Shown piece by piece: positions 14,049-26,177 of a stretch of 64,000 nt of DNA. The stretch lies in the NCBI GenBank assembly GCA_002633005.1, contig NMRA01000038.1, forward strand, positions 1,182,883 to 1,246,882. Direction: 5' to 3'. The notes below the pieces were generated by a model. That model searched no databases, was not told where the DNA came from, and saw nothing but the letters and a program-made list of their open reading frames with translations. Position numbers and translations under genes: made by a program. Position 1 is the first letter of the stretch, and each line of letters opens with the position of its first letter. This DNA comes from Phoronis australis (lineage: Eukaryota; Animalia; Phoronida).

Positions 14049-14788
14049 CCGCACTTGTAACAAGCTCTCCAATTTCAGACAAGAATAATTGCTTCATTTC
14101 TTCTTTTTTCAAGGGGTTCTATCTGTCCGTTGGTAAAAAGGCAGGTGGCCTTGGTAATTTCTGCGTTACACCAGGTGTGCTTAGGCCACACAGTTGGCCC
14201 ATTGCTCTAATCACCTTTTTAATTTAAGACTCAAGGGGATCCCTCAGCATGGGGTTCATCGGAAGTAAAATCTTCTAATCTTCTTGTTTTTCTCGGGAAA
14301 TTAGAATGGCTATTGAACCTGCACAATCTGGCGATTTCTACCATGCAAGTTATATATCCATCGTGCAGAAGATTGTGAAGACCCTGATAAGGAGGGCAAA
14401 TTTCCTCTAAATGTTCTGAGTTTCCTAGACACATTTAGGGCAGATTGTACAGGCCGCATGTCCTGTGACGTTTCGGCGCCGAGCAAAGTTGCAGTTCCAA
14501 GTAATTACAAATAACCTTGGATCACCTGCCTGTCTGTTGGTAGTCACGGTACTGAACTTAGATTTGACAAAGCAACATTTTGCACTATGCATCATTTATG
14601 AAAAAAGTGAGAAAATAAAATTTCACCTGTCTTCCATGTTGTGTCCTAAATTTTTGAGATTTTATTGTATTTAGCCCACCCTAGTTAACAATAAACCCGT
14701 CTTAAAGTAGCATAGCACCTATCACATTGTACGGTATTTACCATACCCACAATATAATAGTTGTCGATCACTTGTCCTGTTAACTTCA

Positions 14789-16052
14789 TAGGGAAATACC
14801 CAGGTTTCAAAACCCTGCTCGCCAGCTGTGCGAATGAGCCAGAAAATCTACTCGCTCAGCCCGAAATTCAGTTGCCCGGCCGTTTACGTCTGCCAACACA
14901 AACTTGCTGCCAGGGTCAATAAAAGTCATCGTTTTATGCGTTGATGTCACCATCTATTAGGGCTACCGTATTTGCCCAGGGTGCTTAGAAAAATTCATTT
15001 CGGAAGGGGGGCGCTTGTTGTAGCCTAAGGCGGTTGAAACCCGGTCTCCGGGTGAAATCAAATTTACAAGCTGTGACATATCTGTAACCTATGACAGACT
15101 TTCTTCAAACTGGTGCATTGCTATCAAACTTTGTTGTTAAATTACGATTTTTTAAAAAAATGAGGTGAAATCCCATGGTGAAAACTTGCCGACTGATGCG
15201 TCGCTGTCTTGCGATTGTCGATAGGGCAACTTGAATTATTGAGTAAAAATGCAGTTTCGACTCAATAAATTACCTGAAATCCTCCATAAAGGAGAATGCC
15301 ACCCAAAAAACAACCTATTTTGTATCAATTAAGATTGAGTAGTTCCACTCGATAACAGCAAGTACGGTTCTTTTACCTGACACCTGACGGCAGACGTAGG
15401 TGTTGAAATTAACCAATGACGTCAGAGGTTCAGACGCAGTCTGTTCAGCAGTTCACAACATGCTTACTGGTATCAGCTTATTGGTTGAATCCATCGTTTT
15501 ACACCATTAAATCAACAAAATTCGATGTAAAACCCTTACAAATACATCGAGTTATTGAAAAAATGTGTTGTTTTATTTCGCTGTTTCGGATTTATAGGTA
15601 TTGGAACCAAAATAATCACATTTACATTATTTCTTTGGCTCACAGGTATAGTCTTTTCATGATTGGAAGTTTAGTTTCTAACTTTGGCTGGTTTATGTTT
15701 GTGATGTCTTCAGGCCGGCCGCGACGGGCCTGATCGGGTTCCGAGCCACTGGCCGGGATAACAAGCGTTTTTTGTGTTTAGAACTGAAAAAATCGCAAGT
15801 CTAAAATTACAACACACAGCTATGTTCCCCTGTCTGTATTTCACGGACGCATAATTCGAATTTATCACCAAACAGAGCCCAAAACTCCCGCGACCGACCT
15901 TGGTAAATTGGCCTACCGAACTTTGTAGGCTATGATGTTTTTGCGCTCAGAAAATTCGCTCGCCACCTGGGCGACCGGCAAGTCAACTTCTACTCGCCCA
16001 GCACCATTTTTACTCACATTGGTGACTGGGCAAGTGGCTAAGTATGTCCCTG
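14789..16052. mobile_element. Composite hAT-like shell containing fragments of two other element families
   Basis: Ends tagggaaatac / gtatgtccctg (9/11 inverted match). Related gctcgcca...tctactcgc(t/c)cagc blocks near both ends. Internal 14964-15060 is the reverse complement of the right end of 34561-36077; internal 15290-15935 is related to 46040-46682. Confidence 0.5.
15290..15935 (-). mobile_element. Partial, rearranged copy of the Kolobok-type element at 45007-46682
   Basis: Starts with TIR aggagaatgccaccc. 15290-15602 is the reverse complement of ~46370-46682; ~15620-15935 is a direct match to ~46040-46362. Confidence 0.85.
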
Positions 16053-19000
16053 GAAATGTGCTACAATATTTCATATCCTAAATATCCGACTTTTGGGTTG
16101 CAATGCTGGTATCTAGACATTAGCAAAAAGTACAGATATCAGTGCATCGCTTGCTAATTAACTGAATAGTGTCTGATATTTTGATAAGTAGGTCACCCAT
16201 GCAGAGCATTTTTCTACCTCCGAAACAGGAGAATTCAATCGAGGATGGGCCTATTGTTCTAGCCTGCTGGTATTGATGTCCAATAGTCTGTTAGAACAAT
16301 AGACTTATTGAATTCCTTTGTTCTTTGCTGAACAGACATTGACGTCATTGCACTCGAGGGAAATTCTTTTCTCTAGTTGCCCACGTTGCTGTTGGATTTT
16401 TTGCTCTTTGGCATTGAAATCAGATTTCTAAGTTGCATGTTAAAATAACTATATGGAAGAGATAGTAAATCCTGGGTGTGAACAATTGATTTCTATTGAA
16501 ACCTGAGCAGTTAATTTATCGTTTTCTTATTACTGGTGATTAATTGCGTCAAACCAGGGTAAAATTGCTCAAGCTGAGTTGTAACAATTGTAACTGTGTA
16601 TTGATTTTTATGGTGAACCCAGAACTGCAGAAGTACAAGATTTGAAGAATGTTGACATACCGTACACACTGGTCTAGCAGAGTACTGTATGATGTCTACT
16701 TTGATAACAGCAGTTATTAAAATAGAACAACTGGTGAAATACTGGAAATTGTTTTATTTTTAGTGTTATAAATTGCTCAGCTTGACAACAGATTTTGTGC
16801 TTTTTGAATGTTTGACTTTTATTTTGTGGTAGTGTTCCCACCTTCTAAATGTCAGTCGCATGACTGGTTTGAATAGTAGGCTCGATTTCTCATCGATCTC
16901 GGTTGAAACGTGACTGGCAAAATATCACATTTGACGTCAAATTTCCGTAATTGTCAAAATATTGTTGTAGTTGACTTCTTGTTTTTAATTTTCCGGTTCA
17001 AATAGATTTGTTGCTTTCTGTGTGTTATTGTCAGAACCCAATATATTTTATTATTGAAGAAATATAGAAATTCTGTTTGTGACCAGGTCACAGACTGTTA
17101 AGACATTAATAGTACTTCTGCTATGAATTCATACATTCTACCGCAATAACTTGTATTTCTTAATTTTTTTCATGCTTACCACACGTCTGGATTTTCCTTA
17201 ATGCGCTTTATTTATCATTCAGTGAGCACTGAAAGTTAATGCAGTTTATTTTGTCAATTTTTCCCAAAGTAAGACAGTTTTGGTTGTATTGATGACAGCT
17301 TGTGAAAGAAGCTGTGGTGAACTGTTGCTCACAGCAACGTGGAATAATGGTCACTCTGTGCGTTCACCGTGTGACCTCCTCAGGGGAGGTGGAATCATCC
17401 ACCATCTCTGTTCATGTTAGAGTGTGTCTTATAAATAAAAAATAAGTTTTTTTGCAGAAGGTTGGTTCACTGGTAAACCTTTACCAATGAGAACATAAAA
17501 AAGAGTTGGTCCACGTGCGAATTAAACTGCTTAGATAGAGTTATAATGGAACCAACGGGTATTAACCTGACTCTGTAGGTCAGATGCACGCCGATCTCCA
17601 TTATAACAAAATTCTAATGCCTACGCTTCAACAACGATAAGGATTGAACTTTTAGTTTTGTATTAGATTTTTTTTGTCTTGTGTGTATGTCATAAAACAA
17701 CAATTGACCTATCGCAAGCTCCGTGCCCTTGCGAAAAGTAGACAAACAAACAATTAGTTTTACCTGGCAATGTGTTGTTCTTGTCAGTTAAAATGGCGGA
17801 TTGGAAACGAAGGTGTGTCAAGAATGCTACATTTTGATTGGTCAGTTAAGCCGTCACTCAAAATCCTGGCCATTATTTGCAGCAAGGTAATCGGTCTTTG
17901 AAATTTAGAGAAATGATGATTTTGGCAGTTAGTTTTGTGCGAAATACGTGAAGAATTATAGTGCGTGTGGATTGATGACGATAGCAATTACTCAATGTAT
18001 TAATTTACTTAGAAATTTTTTTAGGTGACCAAAGTTTACATTCCTTGAGTACTGGAGGTGGGTGCTAATCAAGTGAATACAATAAGACTTTATGATTAGT
18101 CCGATTATCTAGAGAATGACAACATCAGCAGATGAAGGTGATGTAATTGACTACAACAGCATGGTGTCTTTAATCGATGCCGTCAGATTTTTAGGTTCGC
18201 AAACTAGTCAAGTTGCCCCGTCAACGTAGGATTCTTTTCATGCCCACGTATAACTTCATTTGGTCTTAAGCCCACATTGGTGCGTGTCATCTTGCTGATA
18301 TCTGGTTAGAGATATCCCCACATGTTACCACATGGGGGTATTTTCAGACAAAAAGCATCACATTATCTTGTAATATTAGGTCTCAAAAGCAGTGCCAAGT
18401 CAGACCATTTATGCATTTGATAAGTGTGCTTCAGTTCTGTTGCTTCCTTCACTCGCAAAAATTTTAAAAGGGTGGATACCAAAGCATTTTTTGAGCGGAC
18501 TCTCAAACCGTTGCTCATTTCCGTGCCATGTTGTGTGGCAGTTGTTGATTAGCCGACTCACGGATATTACCATTGTGCCACCTGGTGGTTGATGTGTGAT
18601 CTTTCCTGCTCAGACAATGAGCTACTGTGCTCAACTTCTGAGACAGCCTGATCTACTGAATTAAAGTTGTTCAATTCATCAGCTACTAGGTTGGACATGC
18701 ATTTTGTTTTGTAGTCCATATACTTTTTGTTCAGATCAAAATAAGTTAAATATCCTTTGAATCTATTGTCAAACAGGTGATGAAATTTCGAGGTTTTTGT
18801 CTGGTTGTTATTAAGTTCTGTTTAAAGAATAATGGCACCATCAGAAAGAAGGAACAATTACATGAACATTTTTGCGGCAAAATGGTCGTTGATCAGTTTG
18901 TTTCCAGAGTCGTAGAATTTGAATTATATTGTTAATTTTGGTTAAGTAAAAACAAAAATATTAGGATCTTGGTGTCTTCTTCTGAACTTTGTGAATTCCG

Positions 19001-20306
19001 TTCAAAATCTCTTAATTTCGTGAAGGAAATTGAGTACCTGAATTTGCCTGTTAGGTTATTGTAGAAAATTGACACAATTCTCCAACTGTTTAGTCTTCAT
19101 TAATTAATGCATGCTGCGTCTAATTACTGGTGAAGTTTTCTGCTCTTCAAGTGGCCATGACCAGTTGCTCTCTGTTTGCACAAGAAGGAAATTAAATGAT
19201 ATTTATTATCTGATGATTGTGTGTTTTAAATGTTAATGGAGTCCTTGATCATCGAAGAGAAACATGTATGAAACCCCTGAACAGAGAATCTCCGAAAATA
19301 AACTACGCATGTGGGCATAAATTTTTGGAAAAATTTCCAGAAGTGTTCCCATGGATATTCCAAAACTGATGACATTTTTGCGAGCACTTTTGTAGTCAGA
19401 CTACTTCAAAGTACACACACCTGCACAGTGGCAAGATGCTTTTGTTAATTGTAATCAATTGATGGTAGAGACTGAATGTGTTTTAACATCACCTTAATCT
19501 TTAAAATGCGCTTTTTGGTGAGGAAGCGAAGTAACTAACTGCCGATGGACATGCACCCCTTCGTGGGTCTTGTCATAAAATTGTGACATTTTCATCCTTA
19601 ATGATTTAACAGGAAAATATTTTTTTCCTTTCGAAGCATTTTCTGAATTGTAGATATCACAAACGTGTATTTCTTGGTTCTTTGGAATCATATGCGTGAC
19701 TCTGTTTTCACAAAGGGTGGTTAAACTGCATTGTTCGAAATTCAGCAGCTTTTATTGTTGAGTAGGATGGATTGAGACTGCTGTTTGAAAAGTTCACAAT
19801 GAGGCAATTTCTCATTCATTCTATGTTTAGACCTACCTACAGGTGTAAATTTACATAGCTCCAGATTCGATTATCTCTGTGTATTTCAGTTTACAGGGTC
19901 CACTTCAGAACTGTGGCAGGGTGGATGCCATCAATAGTGGTCTTTTCATATTGGTACTCTCTAGAGTAATAAGAGCATGAAAGCGCCTTCTGCTTGATCC
20001 TGGCTCAGATTGGGTAGACAGAAATTCAGTTAAACTACTACAGTGGTGTATTAATTTTAAAACAGGAATAAATCCCATTGTCAACCCCTCCCATTGTCAC
20101 TAATTTGTTTGAGCTTTTTAACATTGGTTGGGATGGAAATTCTACTGCTTTAGCAGTTGCAGTCATTGACGTAGCAGCAGCGGATTCTAGTCTTTGCAGT
20201 GGGAAATTTATGGAACATGGATGTGTCAAGAGGTCTACCTTTTTATTGTAAGCCCTTGGTACACCTCATCACGCTGCAGTGAAAATTAGCCGGCATTATG
20301 ATACCA

Positions 20307-20470
20307 GGAAAGGTGTTAAGACGCTGTTTATACCAATACGTCAAAACCTTCCGTTCGCATTACGTGGGATCTGTAGGTGGCGCTGAACACCTATCCATCA
20401 AAGACCTGATCGCCGTCTGGCAGGATAGGGAATTTCAATAGAGCGTGGCTTTTCTTGAAAATCGGCTACT
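20307..20470 (+). repeat. Dispersed repeat; inverted partner at 58000-58160
   Basis: ...gggatctgtaggtggcgctgaacacctatccatcaaagacctgatcgccgtctggcagg... is the diverged reverse complement of ...cctgccagatggcgatctggtctttggcggacagacattcagcgccacctagagatccc... Confidence 0.8.
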
Positions 20471-20616
20471 AGGAACCAATGACCAGTTACTAGTAGGTAC
20501 CAGCGACTCCAGGTGATGTATCATAAAATTGATAACTTAGCAATGAAAACTGAGCTTTCCAACTAGAGCACATGGTGTTAGAACTTGGTTCATGATACAA
20601 TTCCATAACTGTAGTA

Positions 20617-20860
20617 CGATAAAGTCTCACCAACTTCGGACAAAAATAATTTGCCAAAATTGGTCTGTTTTCGTTTTTCAAAAGCTTTTAACATTGTTTT
20701 GAATGTCCACAATTTCTCAGGATTATCTGAAGGAAGTTATGACATAGACCTTTAAAATGGTATATCATTTATTTGGTGCTACTTATCTTTTATTTAAAAA
20801 TGAGAAAATAAAATTTCAATTGTCGGCCATGTTGTGTCCTAAATTGGTGAAATTTTACTG
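20617..20860 (+). mobile_element. ~240-bp Tc1/mariner-type MITE family, copy 2 (TA on both sides)
   Basis: ta|cgataaagtctcaccaacttcggacaa ... ttgtgtcctaaattggtgaaattttactg|ta. Confidence 0.75.
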
Positions 20861-21920
20861 TATTTCTATGAGGTCAGTATCCTCATTCCCTGGTAGTATG
20901 TTGGTGTTGTTCACAGATGTAGAATAGTGACAAAATATTAAAAAAAACAGTGTCTTGTGTATTTTGCAACCTTTTTTAAGATATGTAAGTAAACAACAAA
21001 CAGGCTTGTCAACTCTGTAAGTTATTTCCAAGTAAGGAAGAATCAAAACCATCAGACAACTGACTGTTCAGGTTACACCATGCTCACTGGGTAGTGGTGG
21101 CAAGAAGGCGGCTATTGGAAACTATGTTTAGCGTGAATGGACACTCCCACTGAAGTCCGGTTTTCACAAATGCAGCCGAGATCAGAACTATTCTATGTTG
21201 ACATGAGCTAGATGGAGCACTTTTTACCTTGCCCTGCTTCAAACAGCACTGGATTTTCAATTAGCACCACATCAAATTTGATTTTGAGGGATAAATTTTC
21301 ACCATGTCAGTTTGTAATTTGTTTGGTTTGCAGTGTCAAAATTGGGTGAACAGGATATTATTGTCAATGAATCATCTAATTTTACCATTTATTGCCTCAC
21401 CAGATTTTGAAAACAAAAATTAGCATGTGCATCTAAGTTTAACCAGTCTATAAATTCTTCCATTGGTCAGTTTGGAAGCCGACTTAAATGAGTGCATGAC
21501 TCCAAACTATGCTGTAACAAAAATGCTATGTTGCCGAAGTGGGGTGTTCCTGAAGTGAATACTGATTAAATACACTTATAAACACATCCTGTTGCCCCCC
21601 CCCCAAAGGTGCCATAAAACTGTTCTTGGTTGTTTTCTTCTTTAATTGTTTATATGAAATTAATCTTGTGTCAGAAAATGGTTCTAATTCGTTTTTAATG
21701 TCATCAATTTCAAGACATTTGAGAAATTTTAGACTGATGTGATTGATTATTTTGCATGCTTGACTAAAATGACATAGGCTTAATGTGATTGTTGATGTTT
21801 TTTGTGACCTGTCTGAAGCTTGCTGTGCATTATATGACCTCCTTAAAATGGCCACAAATCAGAGAGGTAATCCTATGTTATATTTGAAGTATATTTACTG
21901 CAATTGGAAAACTATCCTAA

Positions 21921-22427
21921 AGGTCCTTTCATACTAATGTCAACACGTCGATGGTTTGGGGAGTTGCGGTCAGTATGAACGCTTAACTCCAGTCCTGGAT
22001 CGCAGTTAACAGCTCCAGTTAACATCGCAGTTAACAGGTGGATTTAATAGCGCAGCGTCGACGCGGCGGTGCAGTATGAACGGTTAACTTCGGTTCAATC
22101 GAAGTTATCGCCAGGTGCCACTGTTATCGTCAACTGTTACAGGGTAGTGCCGTCACTAATAGCTACTTATATTTTGCTCTAATAATAACCAATCGATTTA
22201 AAAATAAGTTTAACGTCATTTAGCACATGTAAATATTCCCAAATTGTCACATTAAAAAAATTTTACCGTGCACCGCTACCTTGCGATAATTTTGATGATG
22301 ACAGCGTCATCAACCGTTTACTTCGATGTTCATTAACTAGCGAAGCCAGTGTGAACGGTCCAGTTAACTGAGCTGTTTACGTCGATGCTCCGCTCAGACC
22401 GGAGTTACAGTCAATGTGAAAGGGCCT
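21921..22427 (+). mobile_element. ~510-bp PIF/Harbinger-like MITE, copy 1
   Basis: TIRs aggtcctttcatact / aatgtgaaagggcct, flanked by taa / tta. Many internal gttaac and (a/g)tgaacgg motifs. Full-length diverged direct copy at 24044-24553. Confidence 0.8.
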
Positions 22428-23202
22428 TTAGTGTTAGAAGACTTTATCTACTTAATGATGGTTGTTAGAGCATAAATATTATCCATGATGCGTTCCTTTT
22501 TATGTTGTTCAATGGTGGAGTGTGTTCTGTAGACTGCAAGACAGCGTGCACTTGTGGCGAAAAATCCTTGCTTGTGGAAGCGAAACTTTGCGTGCAAGTC
22601 GACAGTTCAAAAAAACCAACAATCCAACTTTACCCAGCAACCGCTTCAGTGGTGGTCATTTTGCTGGCATAGGTCATTGACCTCCTGAGGTTACTCACGC
22701 AGCAGTCACCCTTCCTTCATGTAAACTTGCGGGATTTTGATTTTCTATTGTTTAAAAAGTTGCCTTGTATCGTTTTACTTGTTTGAAGTTATCCAATCCA
22801 AATGCATTGTGGATATTTTCGGAATGTTTAGCTTGCTCTGTTTTGCAGCTGTGGTCTGAGATATTTTTAGAGGTGTTCCAGGGAATGTCACAGACTTGGA
22901 GTGAATTGTACTTATGGAATGTGAACTCAGTTTTATATTTTCCTTTTAAGAAATAGTTTATTGTTACACAACTGGGCAGCCTTGTTCTTCAACATGTTGG
23001 TCACAGCATGATGTTGATTAGAAAGCCAGAAACCTGTAAGATGAACCTTGTGTGCGTAATTGTAGGGATTGAAGAAATGAGATCGGATAGCTATGATGGA
23101 AAGCTAATCTAATGTTATTATGTTGTTACTAAGATACAATTTCCATGCTTTTTGCCATTTTTGTATTATATGTCGCATTTGAGGGAAGACTGTCTTGTAG
23201 CA

Positions 23203-23437
23203 CGGTAAAATCTAACCAATTTAGGACACAATGTGACAAGCGGCAAAATTATTCTCCGATTTTTTTGTCAATGATATACAGAATGATGTGTTGCCATGTT
23301 CAAGTTCTGTACCTCAGCTACAAACAGAATATATTTTGAAAAATTGTGGGGAGTCACAACAATGTTAGAAGCCCTTGAATCATGAAAACAGTGGAATTTT
23401 GGCAATTGTTTTGTCCGAAGGTGGTGAGTTTTTACTG
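23203..23437 (-). mobile_element. ~240-bp Tc1/mariner-type MITE family, copy 3 (inverted)
   Basis: cggtaaaatctaaccaatttaggacacaa ... ttgtccgaaggtggtgagtttttactg|ta. Confidence 0.75.
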
Positions 23438-24043
23438 TAGTATTATCATCAAGTTAGAATTTCATTTGTGCTAGTTTTTTCTCTTGGGTTTTTTTATTGC
23501 TCTTCGATACTTCATCGCATCCTAATGGATGCCATCGTGTCTAATCTCTTGAGATTATCTAATGCTCTGCTTACTTTAACCGCCAAAAATCAATATCATT
23601 GTTAATTAACTTAAAATGTTAACAGTGAATGGTGTTATTGGTACATCAGGTTTCATGAGCATGGTCATGTTGTTTGGTGATAGCTGCTGAGAGTAATTGC
23701 AGATGTTAAGATAACTACCAAGAAAATTGTTGAAGGTCGACTAAAAAGTGTGGTTAATGCCGTAATGCCAATCGCAGCGAATTCTACTAGACCAATGGTT
23801 GGTGGAAAATTTTTGTCCTTGCCCCTCACAGTTTGATACTTGCCATTTGTTTGTACAATAAATAGAATAAATCTACTGTAAGTATTCAGGGTAACACCCT
23901 GGGTGCTTAAATTGGCCAGCCTGAAAATTTCAGGGTGGGCACTTAATCCAAAAATAGACGTTTAAATTGAAAATTTTGTGAAATTAGTAGGGTGGGCACT
24001 TAACTGAACTTGGGTGCATAACTTGAGCCAACAGTCACTCTAT

Positions 24044-24553
24044 AGGCCCTTTCATACTAATGGATGTTGTGGGGAATTGTGGTCAGTTTATGAACTGTTA
24101 ACTTTGGCCCTGGATCTAAGTTAACAGTGCCAGTTAACTTCGCAGTAAACAGGTGTATTTAACAGCAGAGCATCGAGGCTGTGTTGCTGTGTGAACGGTC
24201 AACTCCGATGTCGTTGATGTTATGGCCAAGGGGCTCTACTATTGTTAACAATTAAAGGGTGGTGTCGTCGCTAATAGTTGTTTATATTTTGCTCGAATTA
24301 TCACCAATCGAATTACAAATAAATTTGAATGTCAAATAGCACACGTAAATGTCCTCAGGTTGTCACATTAAAAAACTCTGAGCACGCACGGGATACATCA
24401 GAGCTGCTTTGCACTTACTTTGATGACAACGGCCTCATCTACCACTTACTTTTATGCCGATAAGTATCGAAGCTGGTATGAACGATTCAATTAACTTCAC
24501 AGTTTACATCGACGCTCCGCTCATACCATAGTTAAGTTAGTATGAAAGGACCT
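24044..24553 (+). mobile_element. ~510-bp PIF/Harbinger-like MITE, copy 2
   Basis: 17-bp TIRs aggccctttcatactaa / ttagtatgaaaggacct (1 mismatch); colinear with 21921-22427. Confidence 0.8.
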
Positions 24554-25164
24554 TCTGACCCTGTATGGTCTTCGGATTTGAAGCTCACAGACCTGAAGTT
24601 CAAAGAATTTGCCGCGAGGCTAGTAGCTGACGCAAAACTTGAATTGGCACTCTGAGAAAATATTCGTTGAAAAAATGGCCCCCAAAATTCTGAGACTCAC
24701 CTGTCATGTGAACGCCATGAAAACCTAGATAAATCAATGTGCATACCATACCTTTTGTTCGCTGCTCAAACTTTTCTGATTGAAAAACTTTCTGTCAAAA
24801 AATTCTGCCAGCATTGTAGGCTCTGGCACAGTGACATATTGGTGTGCGGGAATTCACTTATTCAATAAACATGTCTCGAAATATTTCAACTTCGTGCAGA
24901 TTTCCATTCTTGGGTGACTCCAGTTTGCTTCCTAGCATTGAATATGTGCCATCCACAAAATGTCACATAACCCAGACACACTTGTCGTTTTGGCTTCGGA
25001 GGTAAAACAAGGATTTGGCTCTTAAAACTGCGAGCAAAGTATGTTTTATTTTTGAAAAAAATAATTTGAAATGCCAATTGAGATTCTGTTAAACTTTAAT
25101 TGTGGAAAGCGTAAATTTCAGCGTATAAGAATCAAATCTATTACTGGACTTACGGTACGTGGAG

Positions 25165-25207
25165 ATGGCTACGTTGCGTCCTCCTCTCGAGGACTACATC
25201 AGGCCAC
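25165..25207 (-). ncRNA. Degenerate minimal type I hammerhead ribozyme at the 3' side of the Penelope-like remnant
   Basis: Minus strand reads GUGGC-CUGAUGU-A-GUCCUC-GAGAG-GAGGAC-GCAAC-GUA-GCCAU. Stem I GUGGC/GCCAU and stem II GUCCUC/GAGGAC pair. The core boxes CUGAUGA and GAAA each carry one substitution. Confidence 0.65.
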
Positions 25208-25263
25208 TGAGTTGTCACGTGACTTGTCATGTGATCTGTCGTACAGTTTCCGCGGGATTCTCT

Positions 25264-25759
25264 TCAGCGCCCTATCCCATGTCCTAGGTAAGTGAAACTG
25301 CAGCCCCCCCCCTGTCTATTGAGGCTAGGATTCTCAGTTCTCTCGTGGATAGCTTCTTTGACCTCTCTCTGAAACCAATTCCCTTCTCTATCCAGGATCT
25401 TCACATCTTCCATGGCAAAAGAGTGGTCTGTGGAAGCCATTTGACTAAAAACTAGAATCATAGCAATCCCCATAACTGGACCTCTGATGCTGGTTGAAAC
25501 GACTTTTCAGGGCTTGTTTGGTTTCCCCAATGTATGCTGCTCAACACCCCGGTTCCGAGCATGAAATGCCATACACCACATTTGATGTTTTCTCTTTACT
25601 GGTTTTGTCTTTCACATTTAACAATTTACTCCTTATGGTATTAACAGGTTTGAATGCAACAGCAATGTCGTGTCCCATCATATGTGATTTGATCTGGTCA
25701 GCGATCCCTGGCACAAAAGGCAATGTTACCCTGTTGTTTTCCCTATTGTCAGGCTGCAT
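25264..25759 (-). pseudogene. Penelope-like retroelement remnant: C-terminal GIY-YIG endonuclease region with in-frame stop and frameshift
   Basis: Minus-strand translation RVTLPFVPGIADQIK...AFKPVNTIRSKLLNVKDK...SNVVYGISCSEPGC*AAYIGETKQALKSRFNQH, then after a frameshift HSFAMEDVKILDREGNWFQREVKEAIHERTENPSLNRQGG. The VVY-x-I-x-C...YIGET...R..QH...E..I...LNR motifs are diagnostic of PLE GIY-YIG. Confidence 0.92.
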
Positions 25760-26177
25760 TATATGTTAAAAAGTCAACTTTTGATCTAGGCCCCTTATAT
25801 CTATAAAATCTATCTAGCCTTTTCCCCACTCAGACTGGAAACAATTTCTAGTCTTGCGAAGAACTGACAGTTGGTCACTCAGCTTGTAAAGATGTATTTG
25901 CATGCTCCTAACTTAATGCTAATGTATAGTAGGAACTAAATGACAATATTTTAACATAACTTGTAAATATGAAAACAAAAAATTATACAACAGGTGATCT
26001 TTGCACTAATGATGTACCTCGTGGACTTACATAACCCACATCATGCAGTGTTATTCCCCAACACCACATCATGATACTTACAGGATTTGGTCACGTTTGC
26101 CACAAAACATGATCTTAACACTATTTGGCAATTTTCAACCTACTTCACATCGTTGCTATATGTCATGTTTCTAACTA

